Source: Lytechinus pictus
Taxonomy: Eukaryota
Assembly (NCBI RefSeq): GCF_037042905.1
Contig: NC_087251.1
Span: 48,300,001 to 48,364,000, forward strand
DNA: 64,000 nt
Reading direction: 5' to 3'
In this document: positions 38,894-51,336 of the stretch, piece by piece
Position numbering within the stretch: position 1 is the first letter of the stretch
Layout of the letters: each line of letters opens with the position of its first letter
Translations under genes and position numbers: made by a program
The notes under the pieces: model-generated
The model's database searches: none
Told to the model about the DNA's origin: nothing
What the model saw: the letters and a program-made list of their open reading frames with translations, nothing else

Positions 38894-41800
38894 TACTGAT
38901 TGACAAGATAAAAGACGTAATACCTGATTTTGTTAAATACAATGATGTTGAAAAATTCAAGTTTTTGTTAGCGCCCAAAGAAACGGATATAATTAAAGTA
39001 TGCATCACTGGAATAAATAAAATGTATGATTTGCGATCCTAGTATATCAATAGCATGGCCTCAAATTGAAGCAATAACAAATATTTCACAAATTATATAA
39101 TTTTGCAGTAGATAAATTAGAACGGCGTATTAGTACCTGATGATTATTGTTTTGATAAGAATAATTATGCCCTGTTAATTGACAAATAGTCGAGTGAAAC
39201 AGTTTCTGACAGCATTATAGTTGATTTTTTTCCTGTATTTGATTTGTTTTGTTATGTTTTTCCTTTTATTTTCGTTTCGTTTAATTTGTGACTCTGTTTA
39301 TTGTTAGAAATGTTAATTTATCATTGTAACTTATGTTCGATAATTAAAAAAAAATGTGCATTTTATTTTGATTGTTATCCTTTATGTGTTGATTTGAAAT
39401 CATTAAAAATAAACTTGAAACTTGGATAGATGAGACCCAAACTCAGATTATATGTGAAAAAATTACCCACATGTTGTATATTTTGTAATTCCCAGGGCTT
39501 TTTCAAGGTGTAAACTTTTTGTTGATACGCACTGTAGTGGAACAAAAATAGAGGAAAATGAAGATTTCCATTTAATATATAACGAATTACAAATAAATCG
39601 GTATGCAACGATTGATGATAATGTCGGATTGCAGGATGATTATTAATGGAATGATTCGATAATTTCTTTTAAAGATGCAAAGAATCAGATGAAGATATGA
39701 ATATATCAACTTACATTTTTATTTCAAATAGCGTATTGCAGTTACATGGTTTCCCTTCATGAAAAAACAAAAGCAGTTATGTATTTGGCTAGATCCTTTT
39801 AAAGTGGGAAATTAGTCTTTATTTTCCATCACCGCTTTTTTCATCATCCCCCAACGAGGGGTTGCAAAGGGGCATCTGTCGATTTTATTGTCGAAAGTGA
39901 ATTGTATGTCAATGAATTATTTGAAGGCATTTATGAAATTACCAACACATTTATTACATCCAAGAAATATATTGTTTTAATGATTATTAGTAAAATGAAA
40001 AGGTGATCCTACATTTTCATCTTTTTGAAAGTGCATTTTTTCCCCACAGAGATGAGAGTGATGATGAGAGTCACAAAGACACAGGGGCGGATGTAGGATT
40101 TTTCGAAGGGTGAGGGGGCACATTTTTCCGAGGAAGAATTTGACAAGGTTTCAACCCAAAATCAAGGAAATTTCGTCCACGGAAAAAAAGATGACAAGCA
40201 AAAAAAAAAAGTCTTCACTTTCGAAACGGGGGGGGGGGGGGCACACTTCTGTTTTAAGGGCATTTTTACATTACACACTTTAATTGTGCCTCTCAAGGGG
40301 GGCACGGACCGGCCCGCCCCCCCCCCTGCATGCGCCAGTGCACAAACACTAATAAAAATGAGTGTAATGATAATTCATTCTGGTCCACAGAAGTGGAATG
40401 ACGCAAAATGCCTATTTTGGCCTAGAATATTTTGAAGTGGAACTCGGTACTTCAACTGGAGATTGGTTTCTTCTGCAACGCGGTTAATGGACGTCAAATA
40501 AATATTTTGAACAAACAAAGCTATTTTACCGCAACAGCACTCATAAGATATGAGTATTCTGTCTGCAACTCGGTTCCCTTTCTTTCATATTGCGTTCATC
40601 ATAATCATTGCTATTTTCTGATCTTTTGAGCAAAATCCGAGCAAAATCTTGGTGCTGAAAATATAGTGCGATGTTTTTTTAATTCATATTTTGTATGGTG
40701 GTTTATACACAGCCCCCCCCCCCAAAAAAAAAAAAACCAGGAAAAAGCCCTCATTGTCACGGACTTACTAAAAATCAATTTCAAACTGCTGTATATAGCT
40801 ATTGCTCTACGCAGAGACTTTTTTCCAAAGCGGGCAAGAAAACAAAACGCCTTAAAAAAAAAGAATGTATGAATTCGAGGGAGCGAAGAATCCGAGCTGA
40901 TAACAAGCATTTTCAGTAATATTTCAATTGAAGAGAAAGTATCTCGTGTATGACTTGATTTTCATTAAAATTTTCATTCCCAAGGTTTTTTACCTCCTTC
41001 CGCGTACCATCATGATCGTAAACATTCTATTTGAATTCTTCAAACTATGTATTTCTTTAATGATTTTTTTGTCCGATTCAAGTAGTTTCAAATTAAGATT
41101 TGCCCTTTCAAAATCAAGGACTTGGGATCGAAGTGATAATAAGTGAAGTCAAGGCTGTGTTGTATTCTTAAATTATTTTAAGGGATATAGGGAAGATTTC
41201 ATGTAGCGTTGTTTCCTTGACAACAATGAAATATATGAAATTTACGTAGAACTTGTGTCATATGCACTGATTTTAAAGTTATGCTGGACAAAATTTCTTC
41301 TGTGATTAAACTGTATTTGTCATAAAGATGATGGTGGTGGCAATGATGATAGTGGTGATGATAAGGGATGTTAGTCACGATGGCATGATAAGATGAAGAT
41401 GATTGTTTTATATTGTCCTTGATGATCATGATCTAAACAAAGTTAGTTCATCACCACGAAGAACGGTTGGTTGTTTGTTTATACTCCATACACCTTATGG
41501 CTCATCCATTTGTGCTTTAAATAGCCCAGGCCTAACGGCTAGATTTTTGATGATAGGGTTTTAGTTCCGCTCTTAAGAAAATCACCCAATCAGTGATTAA
41601 TCGCTCGTTCATAACGGAAATTGCCTTTCCTTGCTCAAAGGCAAAAACAAGTATGTCTCCTTCTTATCCATACTAGTTTATCCAGCACCCCTTAACGAAA
41701 ATAATAATTGAAAATATTTTACTAATAGGAAAGGGATGTTCCCTTCGTAATAACATGTGCTTATCCAAACGAATTGTAAGTATAATGTTTGAAAATTTGC

Positions 41801-42047
41801 ATTGCTTTCTGGGGGAAGTTGGTGATGATTATTTAAGTAAAGATCTGGAATGGTGGCACGGAAACGACTTCGTCCTTAATCATTATTGACTAGGATAAAT
41901 AAATTGATTTGATGGACTCGTACAACATGTACAATAGCTGCATGAAAAGTTGAATGGTATTATATATGTATATATATATATAAATAAATATGAATATAAA
42001 TAAATATAAATAAATACATGTAAATTTTCATCTGCTATATATATATA

Positions 42048-42600
42048 CAGTGCGTCCCAGAAAAAACGAAACTGAGATTTAGCGATGATTCATCATAACT
42101 TAATCACAAATACAATTAACAAATGACCTACCAATGTAAAGCTTAGGATCTCCTCTTTCATCTGATATTACTTAGATTATTCCTCATTCACGCATGAGTG
42201 AGCAAAAACAATTTGAAGAAAGGATACCAAAAACTCATTTGGCGGGGTGTATCTGAATTTCAAAAAGAAAATCACATGTCTTAAAAGTTCAATATCTGCT
42301 CTTTATTAATTTGACACCTCAATTACAGAAAAGGTATCAAATTAAAGAACAGATATTGAACTTTTTAAAAATGTGGTTTTCCTTTTGAAAGCCAGATACA
42401 ACCCGCCAAATGACTTTTTGGTATCCCCTCTTCAAATTGTTTTTGCTTACTCATGCGTGAAGGAGAAATAATCTAAGTAATATCAGATGAAAGAGGAGAT
42501 TCTAAGCTTTACATTGATAGGTCATTTGTCTATTTTATTTGTGATTAAGGTATGATAAATCATCGCTAAATCTCGGTTTCGTTTTTTCTGTGACGCACTG
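42048..42600. mobile_element. Fully palindromic Tc1/mariner-type MITE inserted in (TA)n
   Basis: CAGTGCGTCCCAGAAAAAACGAAAC.. and ..GTTTCGTTTTTTCTGTGACGCACTG; the arms pair for ~260 bp. Confidence 0.9.
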
Positions 42601-43084
42601 TATATATATAATCACAAAAGGTTTAGTAAATGCCGTAGAAATAAAATCGTAGATTTTTTAAAGGAGCATAGCTCTCAAAAATGAAAGGTAAAGTCACACT
42701 CTTCGTCAGTGCCCATGATGTGACAAAAAAGATAATTCAAAATCCGTTTCTGAAACAGTCGTGAAAAACACGTCTGTTCATGGGCAAACGGATTGTGAAA
42801 CTCACCTTTCAAAGAAATCAATGCGCTGAAGATGGAGGAAGCGCACTGTAAAAGACGCATCTAAAGACGCGTTACCATGACTGCAAGATGACAATGGCGA
42901 ATCTCCAAAACAGGAAAATATGAAAAGGGCCTCACCGCCAACAGTCGAAGTTTAGCAGTAAAAAATACCTGAGTAAAATAGAAATAGTCTGCTATATATA
43001 TATATATAGCAGATGAAAATTTACATGCTTCTCCTTTGCCCCCCATCCATATTGTGAAATCAGGCTTGATTTATAAAAAGATTT

Positions 43085-43640
43085 TATTTATTTATTATCA
43101 ATCGGCAATTACAATATACAATAAAATTTCAACAAAATATGAATAAAAGCAGAGCCGTAGATGGGTACATGTAACTTAGCTGCCTGGGTATGGGAAAAGC
43201 TAACTTGATAACTGTGACCCGAGGGTCTCCCTCCCCGACCAAGCTATACATGTAGCCAGAATTGGTCTGTAATAATAATAATTGATAGAACATTAAAAGG
43301 AAGATAAATACACAGATAAACAACTAAAAAATTTAAAGCAGAGAAAATAAATATAGACATGATTGATAATGTGGGTTGTGTAATACTTGAGAGAACATGA
43401 AACCGTACTTGACTGCACAAGAAGTTGAAAGCTGGAGATAAAAATAGATTACGAGCATCTGCAAGTACAATCACTGTAATTTTAATAAGGTACCATAAAA
43501 TTAAATAAATAATGTTTGAGAACTGGTAGAATATGTAAACACAGTAAACAAATCTGGGACGTAACAAAATAGAATAAAAATAAACAGCAATCATATGGTA
43601 TTGAGACATTTAAAACTCAGATAACATATATCATCAGAGG
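43085..43640 (-). mobile_element. Probable LINE 3' end (last ORF2 codons, 3' UTR, AATAAA tail)
   Basis: Minus-strand T-rich UTR with a GC stem-loop near 43180-43235, ending in ATAAATAAATAAAA; the organisation parallels 7830-8158. Confidence 0.45.
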
Positions 43641-43645
43641 TAATC

Positions 43646-44542
43646 TACTCTGTAAAATTATGCAAAAAAGAGCCAGTCCGGTCCCCAATCCCGCCCCTCC
43701 CGGGGTGACATGATCTCACTCCCCTTGGAGTGAACTGCAGATCCATATAGAGTGCATCATAACTCCTTCCGGAGTGAAAGTGTCTAAAAGAAAATGCAAA
43801 TTTCACTCCAGAAGGGGCCATGATACACCACAAAGGACGCACAACTCACCCCAAAGGGATTAGTCCATAGTGTCACTCAGACCAGCTCCCCCGCATTTAC
43901 AGAGTATGATGGGGTGTCCAAACTTCGCGCACTTTTCAAAAATATTCATCAGGCATAATTTTGTTCACAAAATAATTCATAATTTATACAAAACCAATTC
44001 AAGAAATAGTTACCACATTGACGGCAAGATCGTAAACTATAAAATCATGGACGAAAATGTAAAGTAGGTCAAGGGGTTTCGCCGGTATCGCGATCTCAAA
44101 ATTCTATTCCGATCGGCGAATGCGGGCTGTGCTGGAAAACCGTTCAGAAAAGTGTGACCTAACTTCGCGCACCAAAGCTTTTGTGGAGATTTAAACAAAA
44201 ACTCAAGTTCAAAAAGTGAAAAATTAAATCAGATTGATGGCAAAATGCTATGGAATTGGTTAGTACCACATTTAACTCACATTTTTGATGATTTCTGCTT
44301 GCAAAATGGTGATATCGTGATGCTTGTGATTTCTTCAAAACGGGCGCTAGTGACAAATTTGCCGATCTTTTGCCAATATTTTCATGAATACTGAACTCAT
44401 CCTAAAGAAATTTTCATTATACGGTAATTTTAGGTCGCTTTTCACGTTGATGATGTCAGATTTTAAGGATATTGGCTAGTTTTTGAGATAAGGACCGTCC
44501 GCGAAGTATGGACACGCGCGAAGTTTGGACACACTGCCATAC
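43646..44542. mobile_element. Two abutting MITEs (43646-43908 and ~43905-44542)
   Basis: First: TACTCTGTAAA / TTTACAGAGTA. Second: GTATG..GTGTCCAAACTTCGCGC / GCGCGAAGTTTGGACAC..CATAC. Confidence 0.6.
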
Positions 44543-44675
44543 AAGAAATTACTTGTACGCTAGGGGGGGGGGGACATATACGATTTCTTAACCGAAATCT
44601 CCATGCTGAATAGCTGGTAAGAATGAGATCATTACGAAGATTCAAAGGCAAACTGTCCCAAATTATAGAAAACTG

Positions 44676-45600
44676 TTAAAGAGCCGTTTTGGAGAGTCTT
44701 TGTGTGTTGGCTTTTAGGTGTTGAAATCTTAGATCGTCCTGACGCCGCGCAACTACATGTATATTGGACTGAACTTCATGACAGATAGTATGGCGAAGAA
44801 GAGCTTTTGAGACGAAGCCCACGACAAGATATAATCTTCGTGTTTCAAGAGTAGGCGAGTCCAGTAAGCGTAGTCTATCAGGATAAGATATTTGTTGTTT
44901 CTTCTGTTTCAGAATTATACGAGTTGCACGGCGTTGGATACTTTCTAGACGATCACGTAGATTACGGTTATATAGGGTCCAGGCTGGTAGACCATATTCT
45001 AAGAGGGGCAAGACTAGAGATTTGTACATAGTAAAGATTGCTGCTGACGTAAGGCCAGAAGACAGCGAAGTCAACATACCAAGCATTCTGTTAGCACGGG
45101 AAGAGACATAATTCACATGATTATCCCATGAGAGCTTATTATTCAGAATGACACCCAAATATTTTACTTCGGTAACTACGTCTATTTGATTATGACTTAT
45201 ATGATAATCTGGAAGTCCACAATGTCTCTTTCTGGCTGCCGTGATTCTCATGACTTTAGTTTACTTAATATTCAACTCCATACGGTTAGGAATATACCAG
45301 TTGGCTACGTTGTTCAGGTCAGTTTGAAGTGTTATGGTACCATTGGGTGTTTTTGATAGGACGATAAATTACAGTATCGTCTGCGAAAAGGGCACAACCA
45401 GATGAGACAGAAGATGGTATGTCATTGATGAATAGATTGAAGAATAGCGGCCCGATCACACTACCTTGAGGAACGCCAGATGACACTCCCCCCCCCCCAT
45501 TCAGATAAGGCACCTCTGTAAATGATCCTTTGCTTTCGGCCACAAAGGAATGATCAAGCCCAAAACCAGAGATTTTGTGCCGTATACCTTCGACTTATTA
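44676..45600 (-). pseudogene. Frameshifted CR1-type LINE reverse-transcriptase fragment
   Basis: SGVPQGSVIGPLFFNLFINDI, LFADDT, KYLGVIL, YKSLVLPLLEY and LESIQRRATR are split over two frames. Confidence 0.9.
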
Positions 45601-45995
45601 ATTTTCGGGTGAAAAATTCGCACCTCGTTAATATTTCACCTCAAACCATGCATGTTTACACTGATACTCCCCTCTCAAGTGCACGCATGGTGCCCTCGTA
45701 GATTCCGAAATTTAATGCAATTCATGCATTTTGAATCTATGCTGTCTGAAATACTATAGTGATAAAATGAAATGGGTTCGCCCATGCCATGCCTCTCAAT
45801 GGCACGAAATTAATCATGGTGTCAGTCACCTCTTGAAATTGTTCCGATGATCGATCACATCTTTTCTCTCACCTGTGTGGGTTATGATGCATTCATACCA
45901 ACGAAACCAACCGATGGTATGTCGTTGCAATACTAATATCTTTGGTCGTCCTGGAATCGATGTATCCAGTGTCCAGTGTGACTGTCGCATTATTG

Positions 45996-46235
45996 CACTG
46001 CAAAAATTCCGGTGTTGATTTACCACCAGCCCTGAATCTACAGTATATAATGTCCACACCAGAGAAGTGTTAAACAACACCAGTTTGGTTTTGGTCTAAC
46101 ACCAGATAGGTGTTTATACAACACCAATTAGAATTAAAACAGCATCGGTTTGATTCCAAACTGGTGGTGTTTCCATACTTCTCTGGTGTGGTCATGTATA
46201 GTTTCTGGGCTGGTTGCAAATCAACACCCGAGGTG
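45996..46235. mobile_element. MITE (CACTG end)
   Basis: GGTGTTGATTTACCACCAGCCC vs GGGCTGGTTGCAAATCAACACC, with internal ACACCAG repeats. Confidence 0.55.
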
Positions 46236-48902
46236 TCTGGAAATAGGGCTGATGGGTTATAACCATGGGTTACAACTGCCTCTTTCCGGCTTTCTTCTGC
46301 CTACCCCCACCCTCCAGAAGAAACCGATGCTATAAATACGGTTATTGGTGGTGAAGCCGATGTGAGTGCACGTTAGGGAGGGGGTCCGTTAAGAATGTGC
46401 AGACCATCAACGTGCCTTCCTTCAGTAAAATTATCTTCTGCTCTCTATAAAAACATGCAACAACAAACAATACAAACAAGCAAGGAAAAGAGAAGAAAAT
46501 TGTTTGGTAGTTGTAGCCTTCATATTCCAAAAGAGTATTTCCCCCTGATTGGTGTAAGCATCTATGCTGCCGGTGTAGGTGAACGATAACCGCCGGTGGA
46601 TATCGTATCCGCCGCAGGACCGTATGTGCCAGTACACCGGCATCTTCTGCAGAAAAGACCGAAGTGAGATGAGATGAATCAGTTGAAATATTGAACAACT
46701 TTCCACCTCTTTCCTATTGTTTAAAAATCATATATGATAATGGGAGCCGTTGTCTTACATCATGGAGATTGATATAATCTTCCTTCTTGTCACTTGAATA
46801 TTTAATCTTCCACCATATGTCTTAGCCCACACACCGTCCATTATAAGCCCGTGTAAACGGTCAGTAAACGGTCAATATGTGAATTATACAACTCCCAAGA
46901 ATGTTCTGTTATCTGATTGGTCCAATCGGATCACATGATATTCAGCGAATTGCACTATTGCATCCAAAGTGCACTATCCTGCACTCTGACGTCATACCAA
47001 ATGCACTATCCTGCACTCTGACGTCAGAGTGCAGGATAGTGCGAGTTCTGGAATTATCTAGAATTTAGATAAATATAGCATTCGGGGCAACTCAGTAACA
47101 TGGATGGGGGGTGGGGTGTATAAAACAAACAATACACGCTTTCTTGTGCAAAGCGGACCTAAATAATGAACGCTGTGCTCGACTCGCCAAATGGATATAC
47201 CGCACTCGGTCCTGCGGACCTCGGTGCGGTATACCCACTGGCTCTTCTCGCACATCGTTCATTATGTGGCCCTGCATGCACTCGCTTACGTGCATTATTT
47301 GTATACTACCTTTCTTTTCGGCAATGCTTTATTTATGTATTTATTCATTTATTTACCAACAGCCCTTGGAGAACTTACTTTACACATTTAGTAATTGGAT
47401 AAACAATGATGGTATCCTGAAATTTTCTGCCTATTCCATGCTTAAGAAGGGGTTTCAATGTAGCAATCAAAACATAGGCAGATTTTTTCTTTTTATTGAA
47501 AATCCGTAAATTTATCCCATACTGTTTACAGAAAAGGAAGAAGAGGAAGAAAAACATTTTCTTGTTATATCCTTCATATCACAAACGTTTTTCGAGCACG
47601 CACATTCAAATAGTAAGTTTAGTGATGTATCGGAACATTGGCATGGGCAGGCACCGTTTGTGGATTTGCCAACAACATACGGATAGGCTTTCACTATTAC
47701 TGTCTCCTATCTGATCTTTAACCCCCCCCCCCTTTGTCTCCCTCTCTTTCTCGTCTTTGCTTCTCCTCTCTTCGTCCACTTTTCTCGATAACCCGACCCC
47801 TCAGTATATATAGACATCCATCTTAAACGCCATAATATAATAAAAGCAGATTATCATCTTATTATTCTGTCTGTTTTATAAACTCTTCCTCGTTTGATTT
47901 AATCTCCCATTTCCCCTGTCTTTTTCTCGCATTTTTTAAATATAATTTCTATGAAATCTATTTTTCTTTGATGATCTTAACCAGGTTTCTCTTTCCCCTT
48001 ACCATTTCTTTCCCTTTTTTTCGGGATAAGTGATGCTATATTTACCCACAGTCTAACCATCGTAATCCGTCAACTAATCCTCGTTTGTCCGCTTTCATCT
48101 CCAGAGATTTTTCCCCAATCTAACACTCCAGTTCGTGTCTTTTCCTGGGAATATGTAAACGGAATATGATTGAGGGGCCTGGGATTTCATTTCTATTCTT
48201 GTACAACTCATATCGAGTCAGTAATAGGTCCATGGTTATTCAGAGGATTTATCCAGTTGGATGCTGATTATTATGTTTTCACGATTGTAATGGCATACTT
48301 TAACAGTAACGTCACAAACCTCTGTTTATTGTTCCTCACAATTCGTCTTTCGCGATATGACGTGTACATTGTAATGGGTAAATCTATTGTTCAGAATAAG
48401 CGAAGTCGTGACTTTCGACGGGTTTTAGAACACAAACCATATAATCGACTAGACACTCATTTCACGTCAAAATCCTGTAAGGATTGCTCAAATTTGCACA
48501 TCACCTTTGAATATCGATAAGAACGGGTGCTTGTTCTGAGTAATAAAAACATGATGTCCTGAAAACTCGATCTTGTAAAAAATACGGTATGCGATATATC
48601 AATGAACCTTATGAATCGCAGTTAACCTTACGAAGGCCAATATTATATATAATGAAGACCCATTGTGATAAATCTTATGGAATCGATGGCCATTATAAAC
48701 TCACGTTACATAGTGACCCCTTTGACCACCATTATGAGACATAAGACCCATTATCAAACATCTTATGGAATCGATGACCAATCAAAACTCGCTTTTTTTA
48801 AGAGTATCTGTTTTAATTGATTACATATTGGAATGCACAGTCTATTTAACATGTTTAACATCGTTCTACAAATTCTGTATGATCTTGCTTTTATTTTCAC
48901 AG

Positions 48903-49073
48903 GAACACTTGTCGCAGCATTTGCCTGTTTCTGCTGTGGCTACGCCGAGGTTCGTCCCGTCATGGCGTTTTTCTGGAACTTTTTCGCAGCCTTACTTCAG
49001 ATGCTAACATTTGTCTTCATAGTTGGTTGGATATGGAGCATAATATGGGGCATGACGTTTATGTCTTTAGCTT
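48903..49073 (+). CDS. stum: Internal coding exon of a Stum/SPEC3-family membrane protein
   Basis: Acceptor TTTATTTTCACAG and donor GTAAGT; 171 bp, phase 1-1. It translates as GTLVAAFACFCCGYAEVRPVMAFFWNFFAALLQMLTFVFIVGWIWSIIWGMTFMSLA, matching the family signature (GT..AF..C ... N..AAL.Q.LT...VGWI.SI.WGM) from memory. Orthology to stum rather than a Spec3-like paralogue is unresolved. Confidence 0.85.
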
Positions 49074-49159
49074 GTAAGTATACATTGCTGCCAAGGCTAA
49101 ACACTCTGGGTAATCTTCTTTGGTTTACTATGAATATTAAATAATGTAACGTAAGGCTA

Positions 49160-50551
49160 CACACTAAGAAAAATAGTTTCAACTTTGCATCTTTAAAGGT
49201 GCAGACCAGATGTCACACTTGGGTGCAACTTTGTACCTTAATTTGGAAAGGTGCAACTTTGCACCTCTCTGAACAAATTAGGGAGAGAGTTCCATATGTA
49301 CCCCACTAACAATAACAAAAGATTGTCGAGACTTCCGGTTTGTTCACTTCAGATTTTATGGATTTGTAAGAGTTGCTTACCTTGCTTGGGACTCGAACTC
49401 ACTTCGTTGTAACTGCATTCAAGACATCTTCCCCATGTGCTAGCGAGAACCGCTGATACCGGAACTAGTTTTTAGCGATAATGTGCCGCTAGTTCGACTA
49501 GGCTAGACTTACAGACCCTTTACTGACTAAATAAACCGATGTCTAAGAATAATTACATGCACTCGATCCTGCTCGAAAATTTGACGGAATGAAGCCATAT
49601 TTTGGTATGTATTTCCACTCTCCCATCAGATATGTTCTATATTGGGGCTATATATATTATTCTGAACCTTCTCCATATCTTTATTTTAATTTTTAATTGG
49701 GGTGCATTATGGAACTCTCTCCCAAATTAGCACCAACAAGGTGCAGAATGTCACCCCATATCAGGATGCCACCGTGCCTGACCGCCCGCTTTGTCTGTTG
49801 GCCAAATTTGTAAGTGGTTATGGAATTCTTCCGCAATGCACAGAATCAGAGTCAGTGATTTCTTACTCTACCTTTAATTCCGCAATAATTAAATGGCACA
49901 AACAGGAAAGAAACGATGGATCGTGTGTATATGGTACTAAAAGCCTCAAAACACACACACACAAATAATTGCAACGTTAGGTTCCCAGCGATTTACAAAA
50001 AGCTTACTGAAACAGTAACTAAAATGACTATCTTTGCCAAACGACCTGATTCTCCAAATAAAATAAAAGATGCTTAAACCACTTTTCTTACAAGTACTCT
50101 TCCCCAAAACATTCAGACAAGCGTAACACGTTTATAAAATATGTGAATTATGCAATTATTTTGTAATTCATAGACCTCTCAACACGTAAGTTTTCTACGT
50201 AGTTTGTTCCCAGACCGTATAAACTCTATACGACAAATTAGTTAGGGGAAATTTCTCAAGTAAAATATAATTTTATTGTCATTACACGTATACAAGACGC
50301 ACACTCATGCACACACACACAAATAAGAACAAGTGTTTTTTTTTTTCATTGCCGAGCAGGTTGAACAGTTGAACTTTGCGAGCATTTTGATTAGGATGAA
50401 GTATGACAGAAACCTAGACTATACATGAGGTTCAAACGTTCACCCCAACCACCCGCTGCGCAGGCGCGATGGCGAGCGAAAGCTCGAATACTCGCTCTGC
50501 ACCTTTCCCCCGCAATGTTACACCTTTCTTGTTCCCCTATTTCTTAGTGTG
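49160..50551. mobile_element. Non-autonomous DNA transposon (CACAC/CACTA-like ends, TA flanks) in the intron
   Basis: TA|CACACTAAGAAAAATAG ... CTATTTCTTAGTGTG|TA; GGTGCA/TGCACC subrepeats. Confidence 0.65.
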
Positions 50552-51336
50552 TACAGTTACACCAATAAAACCGATTCCAAGCCCATTGCATTATGCCATT
50601 GGAATAAGCATAAAAGCTTAGATTGGTTTGGAGTCGATTCGGTGATGTGACTGTAGTATAACGTTCAACGTATGGTAGGGCCTAATGATGTCAGTGTTAA
50701 AATAAGATATTCAAGCAAGACATTACATTCCCATGGAGCTATTATGGTATTAAGTAAAGTTAGTATTATGTTTGTTAACGAACAATTTTTTCAATCACCA
50801 GCGTGCATTATCCACTATCTGCAAAGATTGTCCCAGCTTGATGATTGCCTCATTAACACACACACACCCTCACACCCACACCCACACACACTTTATTGCA
50901 CGTGAATGTCGAAGACAACATTTGGGTCTCTCGTTGAAAGGCTCGTGATATACAAATAAATCTTTAGTATTTTTCATTCATGCAAGGTTACACTCGCCCA
51001 CACTCACTGTGTCTCTGCACAGAACAAGATGAATCCCAAACGCTAATTAGTTTTCAAGTACATGATATAAAGCTGCATATTCCAAAATCCAATCAACTTT
51101 CTGTCCTTCATCTTTATTTTGTCTAATTAATCTTCCTTGAATGTCGGCATGTAATTACGACATTATGATGACGTTTTATATCGGTTTATAGGTTTCATTG
51201 TCCACGTTTATTGATGGTAGCCTATGTGATTAGAAGCAATATGATTCAGATCAACACGATCAAGAGAAGTAATTATACTTGTATGAAGATTCTTTGAGAG
51301 AAACTGATTCAATCATGGGACAAATTAATGTGTTTC

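Larger units (their letters stand above)
35463..39534. mobile_element. Non-autonomous Tc1/mariner-like element with a nested insertion
   Basis: TA|CAGTGCGTATCAAAAAAAGTTTACAC ... GTGTAAACTTTTTGTTGATACGCACTG|TA. Confidence 0.8.

Noticed and set aside
46430..46647. GC-richer minus-strand exon candidate after CTTTTCTGCAG
   Set aside because: The acceptor is plausible, but none of the three frames gives a recognisable protein and no partner exons were found; RNA-seq is needed.
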